From assembly GCA_009103225.1 (NCBI GenBank), contig RHPI01001855.1, positions 1 through 64,000 of the forward strand: 64,000 nt of DNA, given 5' to 3'. Both the position numbers and the translations under genes were made by a program. The notes beneath the pieces are model-generated. The model was not told the DNA's origin, made no database searches, and saw nothing but the letters and a program-made list of their open reading frames with translations. Below are positions 49,401-63,620 of this stretch, in pieces. Origin of the DNA: Chlorokybus atmophyticus. Lineage: Eukaryota; Plantae; Mesostigma and Chlorokybus algae. Numbering within the stretch: the first letter of the stretch is position 1; each line of letters starts with the position of its first letter.

Positions 49401-52400
49401 GACAAGTCTTGTTGAGTGACATTCGACTTTCCCGTCTCGTCCACAACTGGCTCATGAGACAAACCTGCTTTTGCGAATACCCTCTCTTGCTCCGTATCGT
49501 AACTTTCAAAGGGTGGTTGATCACCGCTTGCTCCATCATTGTTATCTCCTACGCTTCAACAAGCATGTGAACTCACGTAGTTATGCAGGTTGCTGTTGTT
49601 GTCCATCCGTTTTTTGCAAAAGAACAGCATCTACTCACCTGCCCTAGACATTTAACGGTTTCGCGGCATTCTTAGTGGCCAGACATCTGAGTTACTCTGT
49701 CACATGTGTTGGTTGGTTGCCTGGTTGCACACCGTGATTGTTGCTGCCATTGGCTGCGCGTTTATGCAAGGAATATCATCGGAGACTTTGCTTCGCAATC
49801 ATTTGTATGTGGATGTGTACAGCATGAGTGAACACTGCTTGCTTTTGCAGGGCTGAGTGTACCACCCGTTGTGTAGCCAAAAATTTATTGGCGGCACACA
49901 TATCGCACTGCAAGCGATGCATGCAGTGCTCTCCACAGCAGAACAAGCCAAGCAATAGCAGATTGCCACAACCAATCACACACTTTGTGCTTTGGTTTGC
50001 ACATGTTACAAGAGCTCTGTGCATGACTCTGTTTTTATGGGACCGGGATGCGTGTCACAAACGAAGTGCGATATGCATGTGTCGGTACAATAAACTGCAC
50101 ACTGCAGCAGGTCGCAAACCTGTTGCAACGTGCAGTTTCTTGTAACGATACCGCATGGCGCGCTTCTCACCTGCAGCTGGTGCAGAGGCTTGGTTGTTGC
50201 CCAGGCGCCACGGCTAATTATTTGTTGCACTCTCTCTCATGCGTTCTTCTCCGTGAGTAAAGACTCAACCTGTTGATCATCTGATCTATCAGCTTACGCT
50301 GTGCAAGGCAGCCAGCAATGTACTTGACAGTAATCAATTTGGGGTGTGCAGTAGCAAGTACATCAGATGAAGCAGTTGGTTAGTGACACACACCTCCTGA
50401 TCAGCATTGCGGAGCTTACATCTGCTCTAATCAAGGGCCGCCTGTTGCCAAGGACAATGAAGATCGTTCGCACGTACGCGATGCACAGCTTTATGCACGC
50501 GCATGCGTGCATAAAGCACACAATTCCTAGCAACTTGCGTGTGCCTACTTGCAAGCAATACCCTCACACACAAGCAGACATGCACATGCAAGCACATACA
50601 CGTGTACTCCACTGTAGCTCAATAATCTAGTAGCACTCTTAGGTTTTTACAGGCACATCAAAACCGCAGCAAAGCATGACGCAGTAGGTAATTGTGAAAT
50701 AACACATGATGTATCAAGCATATTCTAGCTACCAACTTTGCAACAGCATCGATACATGCTAGCAAACACATTGTATACTCATTAGCGCACACATTATCAA
50801 GTTTGAGATGTTGATTACATGATAACATCATAGCACATTGCGCAGCCGCAGGCGGCATACTTATACGCATGTTTAGAGTTTTAACGCAATGCTAACGTGC
50901 CAATCAACTTAACGACTATTTTTTTCATGAATGCTTACGTCATAAGGAATGCCTTCTCAAGAGGGCGTGATTTTTTGAGGTCTACATCAAATGTAGCATG
51001 TTACCCACGTTGTATTGAACAATACGGAATACAGTACAAGTACCGGCTAGCCTAGTGTTAACCACTAGCTCTGGCAACGACTTTTGCTGCGAGAGGGGAA
51101 GCCACATGTTTTAATATATGCCCAAATCTTATATAGTATGATGAATATTGTTGAATATTATTCCATGTACTTAATAGGTTTACACTGCTTCTAGAATATG
51201 CGCTAATGGCGCTGCAAATTCAACAACAAACGGAATTGGTCACTCAAGCATTGATTAAGACTTCCATCAACTTTGCAATGGTCATTATAAGTTTTGCCTC
51301 ATTTTCGTATTAGGAACAATTGTGCCAACATTCTATCACATGCTGTCAACTGTAACACTAACGCAATGACATGTAGGCTACGGCAGCAAAAATCGCTGCT
51401 ATAGGGAGAGTCACACGCATCATACATGCCCCATGTTATATATGTTCAACATTAAATGATTAGTCATCATCTTATACTAAGTCAATATAACAAGCGGACG
51501 TGCACGTGTGCATACTGCGACCCTCATACACACGCATGCACACATATGCGCGGACAAGGACACACGGACCAGCTCACATGGACAAGCACATATGCGTGGA
51601 CCAGCACGCACAGACCAGCTCGCATGGACCAGCACTCTATGCGAGGGCATGCTCGCATAGACCATCTGGCATGGACAGGCCTTGTGTAGCACACATGCGG
51701 ACGTGCAAGCGCATACTTCAACCATGATACATACGCATGCACACATATGTGCTGACCAGCACACACGGACCAGCTCGCATGGACCAGCTCGCATGGACCA
51801 GTACACATGCGCGGACACGCATGCGCACATATGCGCAAAACGGCACGCACGGATCAGCTCGCATGGACAAGCACATATGCGCGGACTAGCTCGCATAGAC
51901 AAGAACACATGCTCGGGCACGCTCGCATGGTCAATCTCCCTTGGACAAGTACACGTGCGGACCAGCACACGCACATACGCTAACCATTATACACACGCAC
52001 ACAAATACACACGCATGTGGACTATCGGAGACACACGCACACAAACATGCAAGGTCCAACACGCACGCGCACCCATGCGGACAAGCATACAGACAGGCAC
52101 ATGTACACGCACAGATCATGAGCAACACACACATACGCATGCACGAACCAGCTTGCATGGACAGGCACGCACGTGTACAGACTCAAACGCTCAACTTACC
52201 CACGTGGCACTTCTTTTTGCTTGGGATGTCATTTGCTTAAAACGCTGCAGCAATATAGGCGTACTGCGTTGTGTATGAGGTGGGTGTCGTGAGGCGCTTG
52301 TCGCCCATTAAGCCGTGTGGTAAAAACCTTCTATACCTTCCGACTCGAATTATAACGTCAGGTGGCGGCTCTTTGCGAATATACTCAACTGGTCAAACAG

Positions 52401-54881
52401 CATGAGGGCGGTCGCTCCAATAGCGCACACCTGTTGTATCACACATTGCATTACACAATGCGATACAAGTACCATCGATGTGATGGGAGTTATGATTACA
52501 TAGTGAATAATAATACACAAATTGACCTCCACATCTTCTTAACGCAAGGCCCAGTGTATGCTGTGTTGGCATGCGGGTTGGTTTTGCCTGCATGTGACAC
52601 GACAAGCAGAACATGGGCACCTTCAATTTCACTCCCAACTTCCTCGATGGTAAATGTAGCCAAGTCAGCAAGGCCTGCCATAAATGTGGTTGATGTGATG
52701 ACGATGCAATTGCATAACACTACTGCCAGCATGGCATTTATACGCACAAGTGGAACACAACAGTTGCACAAGGACGCACCCGCCATGCGCGTGTCATTGG
52801 ATCTACGCATAGCTTGACGCGACCAGAGATAATCATGCCGCACTTGCGTGTCAGCACGTGTGTCTATTTCAAACAACCATTGTGACACATGCTTATGTTG
52901 ATTTGGACATATGGTTGGCCATTGTACAACGGGACATGTCCCGGCCTGTTTGTCAATGCAATCTACATTCCTGGCGAGCACACACCTGTCTTAACAAGGC
53001 AGTCAATGCAGTGCATGATGCTGCACTTGGTTGACAATGTCAGTTGTCACTTACTTGGTTTGCTGCTGTCGCCATGACCATTTGCATATCTTCTCCACAA
53101 TAGGAAGCTTGTACAAGAAGGTGCCTGAGGCAAATCAACTGTGCTTGAGGGTGACAAACCAAACATATGAGCATTGAACCTCTCGTTGATAGGCACTTGC
53201 CATGCCTTTGCCTTGCCACATATACGCTTTGAAGGTATTGTTTAACGAATATTCATTTGATGTGTTTTTGTTGCGCAACACAACCGCAATAACCCATCTC
53301 ACCGTCACTTTGCACAGCTCAACCACAATGTAGTCCCGACCATTGCTATGGCCAGCCAAGACTCGACAAAAAGCCTTATAGCGGTTGTAGCCGCTGGCAT
53401 ACTGGTTGAGTGTCGAAGTGCGATACAATCCTTAAAAGAGCTGTGTGACATGAGTTGTCATTACACCACAATCGGTTACTTTGCACATTGCTATATGCAG
53501 GCGACAGTACTTATTCATCCATCCCCTACTTATACGCACCTCAACCCTGTCCGACAAGTCTTGTTGAGTGACATTCGACTTTCCCGTCTCGTCCACAACT
53601 GGCTCATGAGACAAACCTGCTTTTGCGAATACCCTCTCTTGCTCCGTATCGTAACTTTCAAAGGGTGGTTGATCACCGCTTGCTCCATCATTGTTATCTC
53701 CTACGCTTCAACAAGCATGTGAACTCACGTAGTTATGCAGGTTGCTGTTGTTGTCCATCCGTTTTTTGCAAAAGAACAGCATCTACTCACCTGCCCTAGA
53801 CATTTAACGGTTTCGCGGCATTCTTAGTGGCCAGACATCTGAGTTACTCTGTCACATGTGTTGGTTGGTTGCCTGGTTGCACACCGTGATTGTTGCTGCC
53901 ATTGGCTGCGCGTTTATGCAAGGAATATCATCGGAGACTTTGCTTCGCAATCATTTGTATGTGGATGTGTACAGCATGAGTGAACACTGCTTGCTTTTGC
54001 AGGGCTGAGTGTACCACCCGTTGTGTAGCCAAAAATTTATTGGCGGCACACATATCGCACTGCAAGCGATGCATGCAGTGCTCTCCACAGCAGAACAAGC
54101 CAAGCAATAGCAGATTGCCACAACCAATCACACACTTTGTGCTTTGGTTTGCACATGTTACAAGAGCTCTGTGCATGACTCTGTTTTTATGGGACCGGGA
54201 TGCGTGTCACAAACGAAGTGCGATATGCATGTGTCGGTACAATAAACTGCACACTGCAGCAGGTCGCAAACCTGTTGCAACGTGCAGTTTCTTGTAACGA
54301 TACCGCATGGCGCGCTTCTCACCTGCAGCTGGTGCAGAGGCTTGGTTGTTGCCCAGGCGCCACGGCTAATTATTTGTTGCACTCTCTCTCATGCGTTCTT
54401 CTCCGTGAGTAAAGACTCAACCTGTTGATCATCTGATCTATCAGCTTACGCTGTGCAAGGCAGCCAGCAATGTACTTGACAGTAATCAATTTGGGGTGTG
54501 CAGTAGCAAGTACATCAGATGAAGCAGTTGGTTAGTGACACACACCTCCTGATCAGCATTGCGGAGCTTACATCTGCTCTAATCAAGGGCCGCCTGTTGC
54601 CAAGGACAATGAAGATCGTTCGCACGTACGCGATGCACAGCTTTATGCACGCGCATGCGTGCATAAAGCACACAATTCCTAGCAACTTGCGTGTGCCTAC
54701 TTGCAAGCAATACCCTCACACACAAGCAGACATGCACATGCAAGCACATACACGTGTACTCCACTGTAGCTCAATAATCTAGTAGCACTCTTAGGTTTTT
54801 ACAGGCACATCAAAACCGCATCAAAGCATGACGCAGCAGGTAATTGTGAAATAACACATGATGTATCAAGCATATTCTAGC
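46451..54881 (+). repeat. Tandem direct duplication, unit 4152 bp (46451-50602, 50603-54754) plus a 127-bp third start (54755-54881)
   Basis: All ORFs recur at an offset of +4152. The units look near-identical; one internal difference was noticed near 48147/52299, plus a few in the first 127 bp. Confidence 0.95.
47340..48050. repeat. Degenerate minisatellite of GGACCAGC(T/A)CGCAT / GCACACATATG motifs (second copy about 51492-52202)
   Basis: Repeated catggaccagctcgcat and ggacaagcacatatgcgc motifs. Confidence 0.75.
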
Positions 54882-55683
54882 AGACACATACACGGCGTGC
54901 CAGACTCATACCGCATACATGCGCCAACGACAGCCACCAATAAGGATGCAACCAGTATGTCACTTACCCTAAGCAATGCATACCCCAGCACCAATGCATG
55001 CCTCAATCCTAACCAGCAACGCCTGCTTACTGGACGTTGTCCACGCCCTGCAACCAGACAGCCGCCTTAATAGGCGTGACGCAATTAGCGTGACGAGATG
55101 GATGTGACATGGTGAAAACCCTCGTCCATAACACATTGATGCCCTTGACGCCTATTGTTACGCTTTGAAACGCCAAGCGCATAGGATAACGCAGGAAATA
55201 GGATGCTCTCAGGGGGTAGACGGGGGGACAGGACGAAGCGCTGCTGCGCGCACTGAATCGACACATTGCAGCTGTTGTGTTGCCGCGTTTCGCTTTCTGG
55301 GGCCGCGGGGCAGGCGGCTTGTCTGCTGTGACGCTGGTCGGACGGCGTCGTGACATGCTGTCAGAGCGGGCCAAGAACGGCACGATGCAAAGGACTTCAT
55401 ACCGGTAGCACTGAGACTACCATATGGTTGACCATACGATTTTCAGCGATGCCGGTACTGTGGCTTATGTCATTTGTATTAACAGTTTTCATATTTCATG
55501 TTGTATTGCTATCCTTTGCTGACTACTCATTACAGTGGGACACGGGCCGCTGCCCCTGCCCTGAGAGTGGCCCATAGCACGCTGCATGGGCCGCGGCAGG
55601 CGTCCCGGTACTGGTAGTCCCATTTCATAACGCGAGCTGAACCGTTCCAGACAGGCAGTGCAAGGAGAAACCGAGCCAGTGTG

Positions 55684-58665
55684 ATGGCGGCGAAGGCTCT
55701 GCTGCCCCTGCTGTCGGTGGCCTTGCTGGTAGCAGCCGTCTGGGCGGCCTCAGCGGCACCTTCCTCCCTTGAAGGCCGCACCGAAGCCCTCCGTCACGCA
55801 ACTGAGGCTCAGGTAACGCACTGCAGCGCTGGCTGGCTTGGTTGGTGGCACTGTCGCATGGGGAGCAAAGTCGCCTTTACGAGCGTCCAGCATGCCATAG
55901 CTACACATGCTGCTGCTGCAGGACAGCAGCAGCAGCATGCATCATACAATTGCAGGCTCCAGACCCTCAATTGCTTATTTCGCTGTCCCTGACAGGCCGA
56001 CCTGGAGGCAGCTTTTGTCACCTGGTGCGTGAAGTACGGCAAATCGTATGCCAGCGTTGAGGTATGCGACTTCGTGTAGCATTGCTACGGTGGTGCACAC
56101 CAATCTGCACTGCTTCTGCCGTTGGGTGATGTGCTGCTGACTGTGTGTGTCATGGTCATGACAGGAGCACGAAGCAGCATTTACCAGATGGAAGGCGACG
56201 GTGGAGCGCGTGATGAAGCACAACCAGGACGAGAATGCCTCGTATTGGGTGAGCAAATGAGATTTGTTTTGCTACGGCAGCTGCTGTTACTTGCTGCTGC
56301 GTGGTAGCGCTATCGCACCTGTCTATGTGTCCAGTCTGGTTCTGTTTCTGCCTGTAGCTGTGCAGTCTTGTTGTTGTGCTTGTTGTGCTGCATCCGCCAC
56401 TGAATGCCGGATGGCTACAACCAGATGGCAGTGAATGCCCGCGCGGACATGGATGCTTCCTTCCTCCCAAGCCTTCAGAAACATCACGAGGGAGCCCATG
56501 CAATCAACACCAATGCTACCCTTGTGGCCAAGGATGAGGTGCAACATGCTTCTGCAAACTCGTGGATTGCGCAGCAAAGTATGGGCCTCCACTTAACAGT
56601 GTTTCTTCGGGCAGGCTATCTATATGGCCAACTTGCCCGCCGATTACTATGGGATATGCCCTACCCCTGACGCAATGGACTGGCGTCAATATGGCGCCGT
56701 TACTGCCATCAAGGACCAGGGGGAGGCACGTGTTCTTGCATAACATGCATAAATGTTGACGCATCTGTCGGTACACGGCGGTGGGTCATAAACTTTGTGT
56801 CTTCTGGGATGTGCTGCTTGCCTCAATATGTAATCTTCTTCAGTGTGGAAGCTGCTGGGCGTTCGCAGCGACGGGAGCAGTCGAAGCCATCAACTTTATC
56901 ACTACAGGGGAGCTCGTGTCTTTGAGCGAACAGCAGCTGGTGGACTGCGACAGTCTTTACTCTACAGATGGTTGCAATGGCGGGTCAACTCCTGGTGCTT
57001 ACGAATGGATGGTTGACAATGGCGGCTTAGCTGGAGAGGACAGCTACCAGTACACGGCGCAGAAAGGTACGAATCTCTTCCCCTCCATTAGTTGTGCACG
57101 GTATCGACCAAGTCACTTCATTGCGTGAGTTACTACAGACTGTCTTGACATCAATTGTTTATTGTGACAGGTGCTTGTCAGCCTCGCTCGGAGTTGGTAA
57201 AGATATCAACATTTTCGTTCTATGAGAATTATCACACGCCCCAGATTTTTCCAGATCACTTCTTGCTACAGGTCTGCCACCATTCTACTTTCGCTGGAAT
57301 AAGTAGGCCTAGTGCTGTCTGGCTGGATGGTGATAGCACCATCAGAGTCGGTGCTTGGGCTCTGTCACTAACTGCATGTGGTGTGCAGTTTGTGTGCAAG
57401 CAACCGATATCTGTCGGACTGAGAGTGACGGACAGCTTCCATTCCTATCAAGGCGGCGTGTACACCGGTGATGACGATTGTCAGACGGGCGACATCAACC
57501 ATGCTGTTCTGATCGTTGGCTTCGGGACCGATGAGTACACAGGCTTATCTTACTGGCTTATAAAGAATCAGTGGGGCACTTGGTGGGGAGAGGACGGTTA
57601 TATGCGCATATGGCGCTACAATAGCGTCTGCCAGATCAATGCACAAATCTCCTGGCCTGAACAGCCAGGTTGGAGTCAACTCATGCCTCCGCCTTCACCT
57701 CCTCCTCCATCTCCGCCCCCACCACCTCCTTCTCCATCCCCGCCCCCACCACCTCCTTCACCATCGCCTCCACCACCACCTCCTTCTCCATCTCCACCCC
57801 CACCTCCACCACCGCCTCCACCCCCACCTCCGCCCTCGCCTTCACCCCCACCTCCTCCGCCTCCGTCTCCACCGCCTCCTCCCCCTCCTCACCTTAGGCC
57901 GCCACGCCCCCACCATAAGCCTCCTCCGGTTCACAACAGGCCTCCTCCGCTTCATCACAGACCCCCTCCCCCTCACGACAAGCCTCCTCCGCTTCATCAC
58001 AGACCCCCTCCCCCTCACCACAAGCCTCCTCCGCTTCATCACAGNNNNNNNNNNNNNNNNNNNNNNNNNNNNNNNNNNNNNNNNNNNNNNNNNNNNNNNN
58101 NNNNNNNNNNNNNNNNNNNNNNNNNNNNNNNNNNNNNNNNNNNNNNNNNNNNNNNNNNNNNNNNNNNNNNNNNNNNNNNNNNNNNNNNNNNNNNNNNNNN
58201 NNNNNNNNNNNNNNNNNNNNNNNNNNNNNNNNNNNNNNNNNNNNNNNNNNNNNNNNNNNNNNNNNNNNNNNNNNNNNNNNNNNNNNNNNNNNNNNNNNNN
58301 NNNNNNNNNNNNNNNNNNNNNNNNNNNNNNNNNNNNNNNNNNNNNNNNNNNNNNNNNNNNNNNNNNNNNNNNNNNNNNNNNNNNNNNNNNNNNNNNNNNN
58401 NNNNNNNNNNNNNNNNNNNNNNNNNNNNNNNNNACCCCCTCCCCCTCACCACAAGCCTCCTCCAGTTCATCACAGGCCCCCACCCCCTCACCACAAGCCT
58501 CCTCCGGTTCACCACAAGCCCCTTCCCGTTCATCATAGGCCCCCTCCCCCTCACCACAAGGCCCCTCCGGTTCATCACAGGCCCCCTCCCCCCTCGCACA
58601 GGGCGTCACCTTCTCATCATGAGGCCCCACCGCCGCATCGCAAGACCCCTCATCACCAGCAGTAG
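55684..58665 (+). CDS. Secreted papain-family (C1A) cysteine protease with I29-like prodomain and C-terminal Ser-Pro(n) extensin-like plus His/Pro-rich repeat tail
   Basis: Exons 55684-55812, 55996-56061, 56165-56248, 56425-56538, 56615-56725, 56844-57066, 57171-57271, 57389-58665 (spans an N gap). Signal peptide; [61 protein letters not shown]...WGEDGY. Confidence 0.92.
58045..58434. other. Assembly gap within the His/Pro repeat coding region
   Basis: N run; the repeat continues on both sides. Confidence 0.99.
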
Positions 58666-61600
58666 AAGGTGTGCAAGAGGTGGGGGTGCGCCGGTGACTA
58701 CTAGCGCAACCGCTTGCTCAAACACAGCATGTGGCATGCTGTGCATGGCAGAGTGTTGGCGTAAGGCACCAGCTGATTGCCTCAAGAAACGGTAGTGCGA
58801 TAGCAATTGCTCATGCGGCAATTCAGGTACCACATAACAGTCCGGTTTGCTTGTACTAGTACGTGGAGTAGTTGTTATGTAATCATGATGCATGTATGTC
58901 AAGTGTGACTCTTACATGTCAGAAGCAAATGCGAATTGTGTTAACAACAGCTTGCTGCGAGTGCGGATCAGGTAGGCTATAGCTGCATTACATTGCAAGT
59001 CGTTAGCATCGTGAATGTTACCGTCAATTGCGCCTTCATATGCTCCTCGTGCAATGCGTGCCTTGGTATAAGATATAAGATACTCAATTGCTGCCTTCAA
59101 AACAGCTCCTCAAAGCTCCACTCCCAGTGTCCTGATTACCAAGGACATGCAAGCCCTTGCCCGCAATGTGGACGCTCGGATTACATATTGGTCTGGCATT
59201 GTTGACCTGAGGAGGTCCACTTAGAGTAGTTTCTACGATTCGATAAGGCATAGGTGAAGATTGCCGCTGACTACGACTAGCGCGTCACCTCTATCAGGGG
59301 GGGAGGCTCTCCATCGCAGCTTCACTGATGTCACTGCGCTGAACTTCTCGACAGTACTCAGCATAGACCTGTATGGTTGGCATGTGTGTAGTGACCTGGA
59401 TTGTGACCCTTATTCTACACTTTTTTGAACATGTTGAGCGTGACACCAACTGCGTAACCTTGCATAACGCTGCAGGGATAGGCCTATACCTTGCCAACGA
59501 TGCTTTGTGCTCTAACTAGCCTGGGCAGTCAGAGCAGACAGCATCTTCTGTCGTAGCAGAGTCAAAGCATTTGAGCGTGCATGCATGCAACACCAACACG
59601 CCACTACACATGTACACTTCGCGCGCGCACACGCAATGCGAAAGGTATTGCGCATATGCAATCGAGCCATGCGCACGTATTGCTACACTGCGACATCACA
59701 CAACACAAGTGCAGCCAGCATGTTTATTTGTTAACCACCAGGCTAACAAGCTTAAAACTTGTCAACAACATAATCACTGGCTCTTCAATCAGACATGCAT
59801 CCAGGCAAAGCAGATGTGTGCGCGATTGAGCAGGTTGCAAGCCTTCCACCACTTCCACCACCACCACCACCACTTCAGCTAACCTGCTGGTATTACTAAC
59901 TTACAACATGACTGCAACACTATGCACACTATCGGGACGTTCTCCCACTCCACCACATGGGGCGCACAGCTGCCTCCAATGAAAGCATGTTCATGCAGGA
60001 GTCTTGAGCTTGCTACATGCATTGTGTGGAGGGTTGAAGGAGGGGTTCGTAACCACCATGCGCTGCATGATTGCACCAATCGCTCTGCATGTATATTGAT
60101 TTTGCAGTTACTGACTGCTGCGCCAGTGTGCGTGCCACTTGCATCACCACAGGTCAGGCACACAGCGAGCAAAACTGTTCGCGTGCTGTGGTGGCTTACA
60201 GCACGTTGGTTCTTCGGTTCTACTCAACCTGAGAGCTTACCACTTCAGTGGGCGACATTGCAGTGTAGCATTCTGAAACTGACTTGCGCCAACCTGACGG
60301 TCGTTGTCTCTTCCTCGTTTACAACAATTTGGCATACCAGATGGGTTGGCAAATGTGCCAGTGAATGAGGCAGTAGAGTAAGTGACGCCAGCAATAGAGG
60401 TGGCGCGGTTGTAGAGAACAATGCTGTAGCCTGTAGCAGACCCGCACCCGGAGACACCTGCACGCACATGAGCGTGAACAAGATGCGAGCAGCATACTCA
60501 CGTTGCCAGCAGGTACTGTGTCTCAAGATGCAGCACTCAGCCGAGTGGAATCACTGGCAATGGCATGACACAGTGGCCAGAGAGAGAGATGCAGGCACCA
60601 GCGATCTCAAATGAACTCGCTAGGGTCGGTGTCGTCTCAATGAAACGCGTTGACTTCCACTGTTTGCGCACTGGCTGCAAAGTAGACAGAGGGCAGACAA
60701 ATGAAACGTAAGTCAATCGCATCAGCCAATGCCAAGATCAACAATCATTGCCTCAACCGCCAGCTCACAAAAGAGCATCAGAGACATGCGCGTGTCTTTG
60801 ATGCTATGTCACTACAGTTTTCTAGCTGGATTCAGACGTTGCAACATCAGTCGTATGCAGCTCGAAGACAGTTACAAACTGTTGACACGAAAACGTCTTA
60901 GAATGTCAGTCTCAGTGTCAGACATCAACGACTTCAACGCATGCTCTTCGCTAGCTCTCCTACCGTTAGCAGTGGTGCTAACTTTCAGCCGTAACGAACT
61001 GAGACTGCACTGTGTGCACTGCGTGCGTGTTGGGGCTTACAATCACACTTTGGTTGTTGAGCAATTCCATGAATTTCAATTCACAGGCAATGTCTTGTAC
61101 ACATATCTATCAATAAAGTGCTGCTAATCAGCGCTGACTGAATGATTGTATCACTACACAAGCCTGCGGCATTGCCCAACACACGAGAAAGCAGCTTGGC
61201 TCGTCTAAAGAATGCCAAAGTATACCATACTCCCACGCTTCTGCGGTTAGACACAGCTAGATCAATATGTACACACAACACACTTGTACTCACCATCTGC
61301 GCGTGCGTATGCGTGCGTGCGTGTGCATGTGCGCGTGCGAGTGCGCGTGCCCGTGGGCATGTGTGTGTTTTCTCTTACATCTATAACGATGTTGCAGCAG
61401 CATAGCGGTGTCTCGCAACACTCGCGACCAGCACCTTGCAACGAAAACATGGATGCCCAAAGCCGCAAGCAAACCACGCACGCATATGTATACTGCTGCT
61501 CCGCTCATGCGCTCACCTGCTTTTCAGCTCTTCCGGCCCGTTGTTTGCCATGTAACTGTCGTGAAACCCAGCGCCATAGCGCAGTAGTGATATACGATCC

Positions 61601-63216
61601 ACCTGAAATGCGACCGTGTCATCATCGAGATTAAACGCCTACCCTCTGGCATGGACCTGCCCGTAGCTTTGCAACCATACTTGAGGATATTGCTGCCATT
61701 CGCTGCAAGCTCAGTCTGTCACAGCGCCAACGCCGTGTAGTGCACGGCGTTGGCGATCCGCAAAGTACAGCACTGCACTGCATGGTGTGCAAGGGTGTGC
61801 TCGGCAGCAATGAAAGGGCGTGTTTCACAACAACTCAAACTCAGCACTCTGAATAGCTCTTACGCAGCGAGCTCACCTGGCACAGAGTGACTGGAAGGGA
61901 TGCACTCCTTGTGGTTCACATCCAATCCAACTATGAAACGTAGTTTATGTTGAACAGCACTTCCAGCAGTTGTCATGCAAGCTTGTACACCGTGTGCAGT
62001 GACTGCATTGTTCAAGGCTTCAAGAGCAGAGCAAACAATACTCGGTGCCACACATTGTTTCTGTTAATGTTACAGCTTACAATAGCTTACAGTGACTTTG
62101 ACGATCTAGGTGCAAAGGACTTTGCATTGTTCATTGCACAATGTCTACTGGTGCGCATCGACACGGGGGAAAGCAAGACTGAATCGCCGCCATTGAAAGA
62201 AAAAGCATGCAACGAATACCAAGCTTGCTGGCATAACACCCATGTACGTGCTAAAGCATGCTGTAGTGCCGCGAGTAAACAATTTCATTACCTGCAAAAC
62301 GCAGCAAACAGCGTTGTCACGCAGGAAGCAGAGCGTCAGCAACACAAAGCTAGCAAGCACACAACAACAAAGCGTGCTTCAGCTAGTCAGTGATGAGCAA
62401 GCAAGTTCCAACAAGTGCAACTTGTGCGTCAATGTTGCCTCAAGCCAATCTAATCTAAGGCATAGTGCTTGCTGTCTGTTGCATGCTGGCGTGCTTGCAC
62501 TTGTACAAGGCATGCACGGGTTTTGCTTGTAACGTGCGACACGTGCAATGTACAACACATGCGCTGGGGACAAGTACTCCATGACTTTATGCGTCAATCT
62601 GTGCACCAACTCCGTGCTGGGCTTTGCAGGTTATCGCCTAACTCAGCAGGTGACAGCTTAGAACAAGGAGATTACCAAGCTGGCCAGGGAGGTAAGCATG
62701 ATCAGGCATTGACTCTGACATGTGCCGACAACAGCGCTGGGTTGACGCTTGCGTGAATAGGTGAGAGCGCTGAAGGATTGAAACAAGGAAACACCACAAA
62801 GATAAGAACAATCCTTCTTGTACATATATCCGTCATATACATGTCTGTATCAATAGGTCAATAGGTCAATATGAAGTATGCGTGCACGTGTATGTATGCG
62901 CGTGTGTAAAAAGTTGCATGTTTGTCGACAGTCCCCACCCGCCCACACTCTCACCTCACACGAACGCGCATGCAAGCACACGCCCACATCAATGCACGAC
63001 TTTGCAGACGCATGCGTGCGCGCGCACGTACACACATGCATGTAGTCCCGCACTAAAACACTAACATGTGCGCAGGACCAGCAAGTCAAAGGATGATACA
63101 AGCTTGGAGTCTACAGGATGGGGTTGTAGTGTAGATAGCCTTGATAAGCATAGCGCATTGTGTTTTCTATAGCTGATATATGCAATTGATTACATGCATT
63201 TTCGTTAATGGTCTCG

Positions 63217-63245
<29 letters not shown>
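63217..63245. repeat. (AT)n microsatellite
   Basis: Direct inspection. Confidence 0.95.
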
Positions 63246-63248
<3 letters not shown>

Positions 63249-63249
63249 A

Positions 63250-63620
63250 TCATGATGTTCGGTGCGAACCAGATCTGGTCTGATTCGCATGCACATGTTC
63301 TCACACATGCATGGACCACTGTAGATCTATGTTCACATGTACAATTCGGACCATACATGGTCCACACATGTTGACACAGATGCATGGACCAAACCGGTCC
63401 GTGTTCACATGGTATTTCAAACCACACATGGTCTCAACAATCTCATGAAGGTTTGCATTAGCCACGGTCCGTACTAAGGGACCATGGTACCATTCACGTG
63501 AAATTCAAACCATGCATGGTCCAACTGTCCATGAAAGCCGGACCATGCATGGTCCGTCAATTTCACTTAAAAGGGGAAAACCCCGGTGCTGCGTCATGGA
63601 CCATTCATGGACCTTGAACG
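63250..63620. repeat. Cluster of GGACC/GGTCC and CATGG/CCATG motifs in both orientations
   Basis: More than ten GGWCC occurrences, e.g. catggacc, ggtccacacatg, ggaccatgcatggtcc. Confidence 0.55.

Noticed and set aside
46506-54782. Many 60-200 aa ORFs in the tandem duplication
   Set aside because: Overlapping on both strands, His/Thr/Cys-biased from CA/TG repeats, no recognisable motif; a decayed gene cannot be excluded
60237-60510. Possible minus-strand exons (GVSGCGSATGYSIVLYNRATSIAG...)
   Set aside because: Splice-like borders are present, but I could not build a consistent multi-exon frame or recognise a domain
61947-62393. 148-aa plus-strand ORF with a possible acceptor near 62076
   Set aside because: No domain recognised and no linked exons found
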